Assembly: GCA_013265495.1 (NCBI GenBank)
Contig: MU058781.1
Span: 11,513,009-11,577,008, forward strand
From: Vicugna vicugna
Lineage: Eukaryota
Length of the DNA stretch: 64,000 nucleotides
Direction: 5' to 3'
Each line of letters opens with the position of its first letter. The stretch's first letter is position 1. A model generated the notes under the pieces. That model worked only from the letters and a program-made list of their open reading frames with translations, did no database searches and was not told the DNA's origin. This document shows, piece by piece, positions 23,483 to 35,924 of the stretch. The position numbers and the translations under genes were made by a program.

Positions 23483-24844
23483 CTGCAGAGAAAAGGCAAG
23501 TCATTATTATTTTAAATGCAGTTGATGTGTTTGGCATGGTTCATTTCCAGATGAAATGCAAGGCAATTAAAATTAAAAACCAGACCTTTCATAATATTAA
23601 CATTGTATTTATTGATTTTGGGGCGTGTGTGTGCGCGTGCATGTGTGGCAAAAGAAAACAAGCCTTTAAAAACTCCACTTCCGTTGTTGAATTGAGGTGA
23701 GAGTTCATCATACTATTCTTAGGTTTGGCATTTTTCCAAAGAAAAGGCTGGGGGTAGGGGAACAGGGCTTGCTTGCTAAATCCCAGGATCTCATCATCTT
23801 TGGCAGCCATAGTTATGAACAACACTACCCTTCTGGGTTTTTTGTTTTTTGTTTTTGGCATCGATCTTAAAAGACTTTCCAACATTCATGCTATTTCACT
23901 CAAAAGACATGATGCTTTGTTCTGCTTCAGTTCCCAGAAATTATTTTTTGAAAATCTCTACCCAGAAATTCCAAGCCCCAGGAAACGTTTTAGTAATTTA
24001 GTAACCATGCCACAAATAATTCAAGACCAAAAATACATTGGCAGAGCTTCTATAAAAAGAGGAGAATAAGGCTGAAAAACAGAACCACTATCTTCCAGGG
24101 TTGCAAACCCCAGAGCTCCCAGGGTGTCTAGAAACCCCAAATGCTCTGTCGGGCAGCCCCAGGCTGGGTTGGGTACGCTCTGTGATCCATGAAGCAGAAC
24201 TCAGAAGACAGAGGTCAGAAATATCCAGGTAACCAAGATACTTCATTACACAGGTGTTAAAACAGTTTCTAAGTCATCTTTCCTGACACTGCAGTCTGTG
24301 CACCCATGTGGAAATGCCGAATGTTGTTCCGAGGGGAAAGTTTTCTAGTTATTTGAGATCAACTCCTTCAAAATGAATACTTTCTCTGGGATTCCAGGTT
24401 TGAATTTTTTTCAGTCGACAGTAAGCACCAAGCTAATGCATATTTTAATGAAATATAAAGCAACGAGTGGTCACGATAGTGCCCAGGAAACAAAGATGTT
24501 ACAGCAAGTGACATGGGCAGCAGACCAAAGGAGGCTTCCAGTCCTCTTCCAGCAGCGTCCCTGGTCCCGTCACTGCTGGATCCGGGGGCCACCAGCTCGC
24601 ATCACACACAGTTAGTTCAACCCCAACTCTCCATTCTCGTTGGGTAGAAGGTGGTTTACTTTAAACACAGAGTGACTAAAAGGATGTGTCAATGTGTCAC
24701 TGGGGCATTCAAGTAACCTCTGCAGGTTCAGTCTCTTTGCCACTAAAACTGACTGTTTTCCTTGATTAGTGATTACTGACCTGTAATCTCAGAAAGGTGT
24801 GGGGAGTGGGTGGGTCCCTGTGCGCCTCTTACTACCTCCAGCTT

Positions 24845-25030
24845 CTTTTTTTAAAAAAAATTTATAGTTGATTTACAATGTTGTGTTAATTTCTGGTGTA
24901 CAGCATAGTGATGCAGATATACATATATGTAGATTCCTTCTCATATTCTTTTTCATTATAGGCCATCACAAGGTATTGAATATAGTCCCCTGTGCTATAC
25001 AGTAGGACCTTGTTGTTTATCTTTTTTTCC
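24845..25030 (-). mobile_element. Short L1 3' end
   Basis: tatagttgatttacaatgttgtgttaatttctggtgtacagcatagtga...tgtgctatacagtaggaccttgttgtttatc; TSD-like ccagcttctt / ccagctcctt. Confidence 0.85.
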
Positions 25031-25745
25031 CCACCAGCTCCTTTACTTCAGTTTCCTTCCTTCTTGATTTGCACCCCCAAACATGCCTTATGCCTCTAGG
25101 AGAGATGAAAGGAAACTTCTGGGGAGTGATGGGGGAAAGCTGGGGTCCTACTCCTTGCACGTCCTCCGTGGGGTCCCTTGGGGATCTCACAGAACCCTTG
25201 GGTCCTCCCAGTGGTCCAGCCCAGCCTCGTCTTCAGAACAAATTCCAGAGTTCCTTTTACTAAGGCAGTACAAAATTTAACAAACACTACAATAAACTAA
25301 GGCAAAGAAGCTCTCTCGCTACAAACAGCTCTAGGAAAACTAGTTTAAATCCTTCTGACCTCCTCGAATGCCAGTTTTTGAAGATTCCAACCGTGCAGAA
25401 AGATTGATATTTGTAACACACTAGCTTAACTTGTGAACTAAAATCTTCTCTGACCTTGAGTGTAATTGTATCTTAAAAAAAAATGATAATCTGGTTACCA
25501 TGGATATCTTTGCCACAGCGAAGAAAAGTCACAGCACAAAAGCGGAGGTGGTGAGAAGGAAAGGACCGACGGCCTGTCTCACAAAGGTGCGTGCATGACC
25601 ACACTTCCCACCCCAGGGACGGGAGACCCGTGACCGTGATCCCGTGAGCAAGATGGAGAAGATAAAACATAAGACATGCCAAAGCACACATGCCACGAGC
25701 CCCCGAAGGCAAGCACGTCAAACCGGGCAGGACACCCACACTCAC

Positions 25746-25892
25746 ATAAAACTCTAGCACGGCCTTGGGTCTCAGCCTGAGGGAGGGCAGGTCACTGAAA
25801 GAGCGACTGCGGTGCAGCTTGGCAAAGAAAGAGTCTTGCAAGGCACTCAAGACAGACAGCCTTGGCTTGTCTGGTGAGGGATGCAACCATCT
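25746..25892 (-). CDS. RIPOR2: RIPOR2 coding exon 12 (symmetric phase 0-0, probable cassette exon)
   Basis: RWLHPSPDKPRLSVLSALQDSFFAKLHRSRSFSDLPSLRLRPKAVLEFY; 147 nt; weak acceptor ctgaag|, donor TAT|gtgagt. Confidence 0.88.
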
Positions 25893-26195
25893 CTTCAGAA
25901 GTCAAAGCAAGATGGCGGAGTTAGTGGAGAGCAGAGGGTTACTATGGTTTTGTTAGCTGTAAGCAAGTCTTTCTGATTAAAACAGGGAGGCCATTACTTA
26001 TATCTGCTTCTTTAAAAGGCTGATCTTAGAGAAGGTGCAGAAAAGTCTATGTGTGTTTATCAAAGCAACAGGTTAGTGAGGGAGAGGAGACGAAAGACAG
26101 AGGAGGTTCACCACCTGTGCGCGGGTGCACAAAGGCACCTTGGAACATGCTTTCCTTAGTCACCACTGGTTAGGTGAACTTTAAGCTAACATTAT

Positions 26196-26535
26196 AGTCA
26201 GCCCCCCGAATCCAAAGGTTCTGCATCTGTGGAGTCAACCAACCACGGACTGAAAATATTCGGAAAAAAAATTTCATAGAGTTCCAAAAAGCAAAACTTG
26301 AACTTGCCAATCTGCTGGCAACTATTTGCATCTTATTTACGACTATTTATGAAGCATTTACATTGTTTTGAGGTGTTATTAGCAATCTAGAGATGATTTA
26401 AAGTAGCCAGGAGGATGTGCAGAAGTTATGTGCAAATACTCTGCCATTTTATATGAGGGACTCGAGCATCGGTGGATTTTGGTATTGGAGGGGGGTTCCT
26501 GGAACCAATCGCCTGCTGATACCAAGGACAACTGG
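26196..26535. mobile_element. TcMar-Tigger MITE (MER2-like)
   Basis: agtcagcccc..gaatcc..ggttctgcatc.gtgga.tcaaccaacc.cgga..gaaaatattcgg ... ctggaaccaatc.cc.gc.gatacc.agg.acaactg. Confidence 0.75.
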
Positions 26536-26639
26536 AATTACTGAGACTCCCTAACACCGTATACTGAGCATTTCAAATGCTGGATGAAAGCTCTGTCTCT
26601 GACTTATCATCCCTCCTCCAGAAATTGCACTGAACTTAC

Positions 26640-26769
26640 GAAGAAGGAGTGATCTTTGAAGGTGGGCGTCTCCGGGGTGCCCTGGCTGTACATGGACATT
26701 CTTCTCTGGAGGGCCGCCGCCTTGTTCCCAGCGCCCGAGGACGGGGTCATGTCCTCCACATCAAATGGA
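26640..26769 (-). CDS. RIPOR2: RIPOR2 coding exon 11
   Basis: [43 protein letters not shown]; 130 nt; ttgcag| and TTC|gtaagt. Confidence 0.95.
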
Positions 26770-27134
26770 CTGCAAAACAACAGGGCCCCGTGAACGTGCG
26801 CTCGTTAAAATCACCTATAATCACCGGACGGCAGGCCAAGAAAGCGCCTCGTTGTACTAACATAAATACAAACCATTGGAAACTGGGTTGGTTGAATCCA
26901 AATTGGTCTGTCAGCAACAAAACAAGATTTAAAAAAAGGCAGAGCAGAAAACTGAGTCTGGATTCACCCAAGGGACCATAGATTCTTATCCCAGATTTAA
27001 GCACAATTTATGTGGTCACCTGGACACTAGATAAATCTGCTTCCTCTTTCATATGAGAGACATGAATGTATGAATGCTTGTCTCAACATGAGATGTTGAA
27101 TAGGTCTGTAAAAAACCCTGGAGTTTTGTACAGA

Positions 27135-27275
27135 TTTTTTGTTTTTGCAGGGGGAGATAATTAGGTTTATTTGTTCATTTATTGTAATTTTTTAAAAATG
27201 GAGATACTAGGGATTAAACCCAGGACCTCGTGCATGCTAAGCATGCACTCTACCACTGAGCTATACCCTCCTCCC
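27135..27275 (-). mobile_element. tRNA-derived camelid-type SINE
   Basis: Full head and tail motif; flanking gtacaga repeat. Confidence 0.9.
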
Positions 27276-28024
27276 TGCAAGTACAGACACTTTCAGGGTA
27301 CAAGAGAGTAACAGAGTATTGTTCGGTTCTGAAAGAAACACTCCTGTTCATTTCAGTTGACGCAGAGCCGCTCATGTGATTGAGAGGGTAACAGTTGGCT
27401 CACAGAGATGCTGTTTATCTTCACACTGTGGATTCATCCAGCAAGAGGACTGATCCTGCAATTTGAGATGTCAACAGCTACAAATGACAAGGAGAGAAGG
27501 GCTGGGCAGAAGGTGTGGACACTGTTTCAATGACAAGGCAGCCTGTCTTCACTGCTCCCATCCCTGACTCTCTGTTATAAAGGGGGCCCTGAACGTTAAT
27601 ACTCCACCTGTCCTAGTTAGAGTAATATGTAATATACCAGGGGCATAATGTTTAATAACTTATCAGGACCTTTCTCATGGGGTGACTTCAGAAAACCACT
27701 CTTTAAGTTCACTGCTTTGATGAAAGGTATCTCTTTGGAAGTATCTATTTCAGTAAAAAGAGTGTGGAGGGACCAAGGATACCCCAAATTTTCCAGACCC
27801 GTGTGAGGTATTTGAGACAGAGAGGGCTAAGCAATTAAAACACCAGAGCGAGAATCCAGATCTTTCTGAGGGTAAAATGTCTCTTATTGGACAGTTATTT
27901 TCTTTCAAATTAGTTGGCTGGAGAGAGATATTTCTTGATACATATTTAAAGGTTGAGAAGGAAGAGAGGATACAGAATAAAATATTTAAACACAGGAAGT
28001 GGAAGAGGAGGGTAGTGATAAGGC

Positions 28025-28200
28025 AGAGGGGCCTCCAACTGGAACCTGCATGGACATCCCCTGGTGAGGGATGAGTGAAGAGATTCTTGTGCCCTGGGAG
28101 ATTCTGATGCAGTGAGTCTGGGGTGGGGCCTGGGGGTCTGCTTTTGTACCAAGCTCCCTGGCGAGTCTGATGATCCATGCACCCCTCCTTGGAACATCAC
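28025..28200 (-). mobile_element. MER5A-like hAT fossil
   Basis: Reverse complement catcagactc.ccagggagcttg.ta.aaa.gcaga....caggccccacccca.gact.actg.atcagaatctc. Confidence 0.6.
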
Positions 28201-28251
28201 GAGCCTGCAGCGTGTATTTCTAACAAGATGAAGTTGAAAAGGGTAACTTAC

Positions 28252-28400
28252 TACCAGGTGATTTCCAGGTTCAGTTTGATGGTGCCAAGGTCATTGATGT
28301 CCACAGCCACCACCTGAGGTCGGGCTGCAAACAGCTCTTTGGTCTCGCAGGTCACGCTGCCAACCAGGAGGTGAGTCGCCAGCCCTTTGAGCTCCGTGAC
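28252..28400 (-). CDS. RIPOR2: RIPOR2 coding exon 10
   Basis: [49 protein letters not shown](Y); 149 nt; caccag| and TA|gtaagt. Confidence 0.95.
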
Positions 28401-28668
28401 CTGGTGAGAGAGGGAGAAAGGCCTTACGGGACAGCAGAGGATAAAGGCAAGACATTCTTATCTTGTTTTTCTCAGTCAGCTCAGGCGTTTCAAGATCATC
28501 TCTGAAATCAGAGGGGGATACTCCCAAAGCCTATCTGACGTTGGCACTGCCTGCTCTGACACGCAGGCCGGTCTCTGCAGTGTACTTGGCGTGCGGAGAG
28601 ACGTCTGTGGGATGGAGGGGCAGCAGACAGAAGTCATGGGATGACGCACGGCCATGACAGTACCGTAC

Positions 28669-28794
28669 CTTGATGGAAATTAATCCAACTATCAGGGGCA
28701 GGAACACCACTTCTTCTCCATCCCAGCTCTGTTTGCCATTTACTTCGATTCTGCCTTTCAGTTTCCACCTCTGTCGGCCATACTTCATGAAAAT
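28669..28794 (-). CDS. RIPOR2: RIPOR2 coding exon 9
   Basis: [42 protein letters not shown]; 126 nt; ctgcag| and AAG|gtacgg. Confidence 0.95.
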
Positions 28795-29450
28795 CTGCAG
28801 AGAAGACACCAAATGCCCTCAGGTTCCACTGCCCTCCCCTGCCTTCCCTACCCAACCCAGGACGGAAAAGGCTAGGAGATAAAGCAACTGCCTCTCCTCC
28901 TCCACTTCTCCAGCATCGATTGTCATTGTCGCTCCTTCCAAATTCCCTGGGGGGTGGGGCAGATGACCAGTGGGGAGAGACTTTCAAAAGGGAGTAAGTT
29001 CTGCTTCTCTAAGGCAGAGGGTGTGAAGGGTTTCTTTAGAAAAAGGTCGTCAGATCATGCCCTTTGGCTCACTCATGTCAACCACCCTTTCTCTTGGTTG
29101 TTCTGTCTTACAAGAACAGACACTGGATTAATGCTCCACACTCCTCAGTTCCTTTAGAGAGACAAGAAACCATCAGCTAAAATCTGTTTAGCGGCCAGAA
29201 GCAAGAAATGAAACATCCTGCTTCCATATGAATGAGGAAGAGAGCTGGACAAGGATTTTGAAATCTGACCTACTCTGGGTAGAGGGTGTGCAGTCTCTCC
29301 AGGGTCTGATAGCTTTATTGTTTAGGGGAAGATACCTGCCTCCACCCCCAACTTCAAGAATGATTTTAGAGGGTTTTGGAGGAGAGAGATGAAATAATTA
29401 GCTGAGTTCCCTTTTGGAAGGGGAAACGATAAAAACCTTTATAGAGTATA

Positions 29451-29587
29451 TTTATTTTTGGGGGGGAGGGGTTGGAGGTAATTAGGTTTATTGATGTAAT
29501 TATTTTTAATGGAGGTACTGGGGATTGAACTCAGGGCCTCATGCATGCTAGACATGTACTGTACCACTTGAGCTATACCCTCCCCAC
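29451..29587 (-). mobile_element. tRNA-derived camelid-type SINE
   Basis: Full head and tail motif; TSD agagtata. Confidence 0.9.
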
Positions 29588-30141
29588 CAGAGTATACGTT
29601 TATAAAAGGAAAGATCTAGATACTGTTCTTCAGTTGTGATACTTACGAACAGCCATGATCCTGGATTGGATCTTGGGTCAGGGCAAAAAAAAAACCCTGC
29701 CATCAAGTACAATATTGGGACACTTGGAAAAATATGAATATAGATCGTGACATTAGCAAATGACATTAGCTAAAGGGCCAATGCTAAGTTTGCTGGTGTC
29801 GAGAACTGTACAATGTTGATATGAGAGGAAGTCTTTCCATATTCAGGAAAATAATTTTGGAGTGAAAGGTCCTAATGTCTGTGTATTAATCTAAAACCAT
29901 TCAGCAAAATAACAACAAGAATAACAGTATTAATAAAAAGGAAGCAAAAGTGGTGTAATGTTAAAAATTACTGTCTAGATGATGCATGCATGGAAGGTCT
30001 TATACTAATCTCCAAGCTTTCTTATTGGCCCAAATTTCTTTTTCAAAATTAAAAAAAATTTAAAAAACAACTGAAAAAGCAAAGTAATGACAACTGACTC
30101 CTGCCCCTCAAGTCCAATACCCAGTCGGACACCGTACTTAC

Positions 30142-30185
30142 TTCATACTGATCACCAGGGCAGAGGCGAGCAAAGCCAGCCAGAC
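30142..30185 (-). CDS. RIPOR2: RIPOR2 coding exon 8
   Basis: (G)LAGFARLCPGDQYE; ttccag| and GAA|gtaagt; 44 nt. Confidence 0.94.
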
Positions 30186-32265
30186 CTGGAAGCAAGCAAG
30201 TGGGATCAGAGATGTAGAATATATTTCCCCTTTTTACAAACCCACACTGGCATATTTATAAACTTCAAAGTGTCCAGCCTTTGTGAAAACTCATGTAATA
30301 GTTTCTGGGGACCATCTGTGGGCACAGTTATTACTGGGAATTTCATCCATCACAGCAAGAGAGAAGATTCCTCACTGGGGTGATGGAGAAGGTGCCTTCT
30401 GGGTCACAGAAGGGGGCTGTTCCTTCTTTTAATAGCCCTGTGAAGTTGTGAGACTATGGAGCGGATGAATCTGCTTTCCACCTGTCTAATGGATGTTGCC
30501 AAGGTTAAGATGATACAGAGAAGGTCCAGGGAGGCTTAGAAAAGCACCTGCTGTTACCACTCTCTGCCAGGAGATGGCAGCAACTCATCAGTCCATCACA
30601 GCTCTCTACCCACTCAGCCAGCTCATTGAGGACCAGTTTCCACTAACAAGTAGAAACCGTTAACAAGTCACTTAAAAAGATTTACAGAAATAAGAGCAGA
30701 ATTTAAGAAGCTAATTTACACTATTAATTTTCTGGAGTATTAGTCTTTTCTTTTTAATATTTCTGAAAGAAAGCACAACAGACTGATTTTTATAAATTCG
30801 AATTGGCTGGATATGGCAATTCTAACAAAACCCTAAGTGCAAAGGTTACATTGGGAAGCTTTTCTCTTCCCTGCTTCCCTCCCCTAAGCTGAGGGAGGGG
30901 GCGGTACCATCTCACCCCTCCCCTAGGCTTCTGAAGCAATCAGTCACACTATTGGTGCAGGAGGAAGTCATTTATTCCATTGAATGAGACCACTGGCCTA
31001 AATGTCCATTTTCTCCAGGAGACTGGAAGCCAAGGCCAGGGACCATTCATCGGGACGCAGCCAGAGCTTGACCAGCAGCAGGAGCTCAGTGAGTGCTGGA
31101 CCAACTGTCTTTCCATCATCATTTACCCCACTCCCCAACCCTGAACCCCACAAAATGATTGTTGTCTGTGTGTTGGGGTGGGGCAAAAAGGGAAGTGTGG
31201 AAGGGTGTGGCTGGAGGAAGTTGGGTTACCAGGTCTGAGAATATTATGAAATATCCTCACTTTATGTCAGTATGTATGTTGGGATTTTTTTTTTTAACCA
31301 GAATGAATAACAGATAAGAAAGTAGCTGACTACAAAGATGCAAGATGTCCTGGCAGGGTGAGAGGACTTCCTTTTATTAACACAGAGGGAGATATCCTCG
31401 GGGCCATTACCCTTGAGCAGTGTCATAGAGATAGTTCGAGTTTTCGTGTTAGATGAGGAAAGCGGAAGTGAGATGAATTTACAATGAAAAAGGAGGATCA
31501 GTTTCGGGTCTGAGTGACCCCCTGGGAGAAACCCTGAATCCAGAGAGAAGCCAGGAAGGCCATCAGGCAGGAAAGAGAGAATACAGAGGGTAGAGATGGG
31601 AGAGCAGGAGCAATGGAATGTTTAGTCTGTCTGTCCTGAGAACCCATCATAACCCAGTGCTGTTCTTTAGCTGGGTGGCCAGGGCCCCTGTGGCTGGCAG
31701 GACCCCCACAGCAGCCTCTCACCGACCACCAGGTCTCAGGTCCAGACCTGCCCCACTCCCGGGGTGACTGTGTGCTGGGTAGATGACCCTCCCACAGAAG
31801 AGAACATTCTTTGCGCAAGTTTTCAGAACCTGCTCAGCTCTGTTAGAACTTACGCCTCACATGGGGCCCGGGGATGGGAATGCACTAGGAGCCAAGAGCC
31901 CTGGAATTTAGCTTTAAGTACGTTTCAAGTCCAACATCCTGTGTGACTTCCGGGACAAGTCAGATAAAAATGGGTAAATTATCACCCCACCTCACATTGA
32001 TGCATTTGACAATAGCGAGCATCAGAAACAAGGGAAATATGGCCCTGCCTACATTAACAGTGAGAAGATGTGCATGATCTGAATTTCTCTTTGCTGTAAG
32101 ACCCTGTGGCTGTGCTGGCCTGCATGGCTGGAGCCCCAGTATTGGGGGAGGAGAGAGAATTGTTATCCGCTAAATGCTGATTCAGGGCAGTGGTTTTCCA
32201 GAATCAGGCTGCTGATAGAATCATCCTAAGAATGAAAAAATAACATATATATATTTTAAAATATA

Positions 32266-32285
32266 TTATATATATATATATATAT
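32266..32285. repeat. (TA)n microsatellite
   Basis: tatatatatatatatata seen directly. Confidence 0.85.
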
Positions 32286-33807
32286 GTATTTTCCAGGTTC
32301 CCACTCTAACTTGCTTAGGTGGGGGTAGGGCCTGAGTGGTTTTAGAACCACTGACTCAGGTGAGGACCCACAATGAAGAGAATGGACTTAAAAAACCAAA
32401 AAAGCACAGACATCTTGCCTAAGTCATAAAGTTAAATGCTGAGACTTAACATTGACTATTAAACTGATTCACTATCAGATCTGCTGGAGAGATGGACTCA
32501 GTCATAGGAGAAGCTGAGGGTCAAGGTCATTTGGATTCCAGGTACACTCATCCAGAGCAGCAATACGTGTATAGTCCTTGACAGAACGATCTCCTGCCTG
32601 AGTTAGACACTCATTCAAAAATAAAGCTCTCCTGTTGGGCACTTTAAAAAAAAGTGCCCCTTTTCTACTTCCTTAATTGCAAAAAGTAGACAAGAGGGTG
32701 ATTAAATCCCCACTAGCAACTCAGGGATCCAGCTGCTAAGAAACCTCCAGAAGGGACCAGCCCTCCTTGCTGCGGTGACTGGGCCAAAACTCAGAAGGAA
32801 AATGCACTTAGTGTGGTGGCTCCTTGTTTGACAGTGCTGCTGGTGACTAAGCTGTAAATCTGACCACACCTGTGGATGCTCTCTTTTCTAAAACCAGTTT
32901 CTTTTTGTTCTGAAGATGCCTGTGGTATAAATCAACAATGCTTCTAGGGATAAAATTTCTGGAGGAAAACACCAGAAAGGTGCTGGAGAAAAGAGGGAGG
33001 TGTATAGTCCTCTATGAGTTTAACACTAAAAAAAAGTTTTAAAATAAAGAAATTGGTAGGTTGTTTACAGGAAAATGGGGAGCATAAAGGAACAAATTAA
33101 ATGATATCACCAAGAAGCCTACAGACAAGTCTAGAACGTGGCACGTTCTGTACAACAACAGTTTCAACACGACAAGTCAATGATAGGAAAAAACCAGGGA
33201 GGAGTCTGTTCTAGATAAAAGGAAACTTAAAAGTGGTGCCTGAAGACCGATTAGAATGCATGGACCTTGTCTGGATCCTGATTTGAACAAACCAACTGTA
33301 CATCTCATTTTTGAGACGACTGGGCCATTTGATAATGGAATGTATTCTAGTGAATTCAGAGGCATTGGGATAATACTTGGCATTGTGCTGATGTAAGAAG
33401 GGGGTCCCTAGTCCTTAAGAGAGGCAAATTGCAATCTACAGGGGGAGACGCCCATATCTGGGTTTTATTTCATCAAAGGAAAAACTACAGAAAAGAAAAC
33501 AAGAGGAAGCAAAGTTGGCAAAATCCTGCTAATGTCAAGCCTCAGTGACGGGTTTATGAGGGCCCCTTGTAATATTCTCTCCATGTCTGCGTATGTTTGA
33601 GAACCTGTCACAGGAAATATTTAGGTGTGGAGGCAAGTGTCAGGATGAGAAGTTCTGGAGCATCAATAAATTATAACATAAGTGGAGAGGGGTGACAGAG
33701 GGTGGTGCAACATCTTTGCAAGGAAAATAAAAAGAGCGTGTGATGTCAAATGTCAAGGAGCTCCACAGAGATGGCACCTTACTCGCTTGAAACAGGGGAA
33801 AGAATAC

Positions 33808-33871
33808 CTTTCATCTTGATGGAGAACTCCCCCAGCTGTTTCTCCAGCTCTGCTTCAATGGTGCACATGTT
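33808..33871 (-). CDS. RIPOR2: RIPOR2 coding exon 7
   Basis: NMCTIEAELEKQLGEFSIKMK(G); cctag| and AAG|gtattc; 64 nt. Confidence 0.94.
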
Positions 33872-34446
33872 CTAGGAAGAGCACAAGAGACTGGCATTAG
33901 GGCAAGGCTTCTTTCCAAGCATGTGATGTTGCAAGAGCCGAGGACAACCATTGCTTGAACAGGAGACGTTTACCTGTTTGCAGTGAACTACGGGGCCCCA
34001 GCCTATGCAGCAATCTTGACAAAACGTTCAACCTAAGCCTAAGCAAGCCTTCTAGTGCACAGGAAATTTAGAGCATAGAAGATCCAGTTAAATTATTTCA
34101 TAAACAGAGAAATCCAGAGTGAAATCCGGAGTGCGGGAGATTCTAAGAGAACTGACCTGGATACAAAAAGGCAGTAGTATCATGGGAAAAAAAATCTAGA
34201 TTAAAATGATTAAAGCCACATTACCATCAAATGCAATGTTTTAACTTTGATTACATTCTGATTCGAAAGTAAACAAACTAAGACGGTTATAAAGGATATT
34301 CTTGGGCCAAATAAGGGAAATCTGAAAATGCACAGGGTATCAGATAATTCTATAGGATGGCTGGTAATTTCCTTAGTTGTGGTAAGGGTAGGTGGTTATG
34401 CAGAGGATACACATGTTCAGAGGTTGTCATTTAAAAATGCCTGCTA

Positions 34447-34601
34447 CAGGGAAATATATATAGGATTTTGTGGTGGCTCAGAGCGAAAGAGAATGTGACA
34501 ATGAATGTATGTGTGTTCATGTGTAACTGAAACATTGTGCTCTACACTGGAGTTTGACATAACATAGCAAAATGAATATAACTCAATAAAAAATGTTTTA
34601 A
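34447..34601 (+). mobile_element. Short young L1 3' end with clean TSD
   Basis: cagggaaatatata...tgtaactgaaa.attgtgctctacactgga...tataactcaataaaaa; TSD aaaaatgcctgcta at ~34433 and ~34602. Confidence 0.8.
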
Positions 34602-34829
34602 AAAAATGCCTGCTAAAATATTTTTGGGGCGAAATGTCATTTTTTTTTTTTACTTTACTATCAAATGACTTAGCAAAAAGAAAAAGAAAAAAATTGAGCA
34701 TATACAAAAGAAAGAAAGCAGATATGGCCAAACATTACCAATTGGTTGTCTAAATAAACGATGTTCAATATACTAGTCTTGACTTTCCTGTATGTTTGAA
34801 ATTTTTCTTAATAAAAATTTGGTGCAAAA

Positions 34830-35040
34830 ATTGAGATTAACAGATACACATTACTATATAGGATAAACAGCAGGAATCTGCTGTGTGGCATGGGGAACTA
34901 TATTCAATTTCTTGTAGTGGGCTATAATGGAGGGAAATCTGAAAAAAAATGTATGCGTATATATGACTGAATCGCTTTGCTGTACACCTGAAACTAACAT
35001 TGTAAATCAATTACACTTCAATAAAAAATTTAAAAAAAAA
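34830..35040 (+). mobile_element. Short L1 3' end
   Basis: gagattaacagatacaca.tactatata...gggaactatattcaat...tgctgtacacctgaaactaacattgtaaatcaa.tacacttcaataaaaa. Confidence 0.85.
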
Positions 35041-35770
35041 GTGCTCAGTAACTCAATTCTACTCAAAGTGAGTGAGGCTCACTCGCCTCATGGCCACATC
35101 GTCGTAAAGCCCCCAAAGTGATCCTTGGGTTTGACAAGCGTCCTCTCCTCACGCTAATGTTGAGGGACCAGTAAAGACAGGAGACAACATCTATGCCTGC
35201 GGTTAGAGATCTACCCACACCCACCCTACTTCCTCAGTATTGGAGGACCTAAACAGAACAATCAGAGTTAAAAATCTAGAGGAAAAAGCGCTGTGGCTAG
35301 GGGGCTGCCCTCGGTGAAGCCCTCCTGCAGCGTGGCCAGTTTAAGTTTGACCCCTTTGCTGTTCCAAGAAGTCCCCACTCCGGCCACTGGGCGCTTTCTC
35401 CCTCCATCACGGCTGGGGGCTCGGGACTGGCCACGCCCACCAAGGCCTAACCACGCCCACTAAGGCTAGGCCGGCTCAGTGAGCCCTGACAGGGGCTGCT
35501 TCCGTTTGGATTTTGTTTGCAGAGGACCTCAGGAATGATTTGCAGGCTAGAGGTTCTGACCCCTCAACGTCAGTACCTCTAACAGCTTAGCAAAGCTGGG
35601 GAAGACTTCCTGAGGTTGAGTTCGGGGCAGCTGGAGAGCTCTGCAGAGTCTCAGTTTTATAAACCAGTTTTCTTCCTCAGAGCACTGGGTGTTTCTGGGA
35701 AGGAATGCATTACTGTTTCTAGAAATAGCAACGATGTTATCAATGTATGTCAGGATTGCTACAGTGTCTT

Positions 35771-35924
35771 TTTTTTTAACTTTTTTTTTCTTTTGTATGT
35801 GTGCAGAGGGGTGAGTTAATTAGGTTTATTTATCTATTTATTTTTAACAGAAGTGCTGGGGATTGAACCCCGGACCTCATGCATGCTAAGCGTGCACTCT
35901 ACCACTGAGCTATGACCCTCCCCC
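35771..35924 (-). mobile_element. tRNA-derived camelid-type SINE
   Basis: Full length; perfect TSD tgctacagtgtctt. Confidence 0.92.

Noticed and set aside
22899..23525. 208-aa plus-strand ORF
   Set aside because: Antisense shadow of RIPOR2 exon 13; Ser-rich composition is expected from the complementary codons.
32637..32659. gggcacttt-aaaaa-aaagtgccc hairpin resembling a terminator
   Set aside because: Short 9-bp stem in a eukaryotic intron; expected by chance in 64 kb and has no supporting context.
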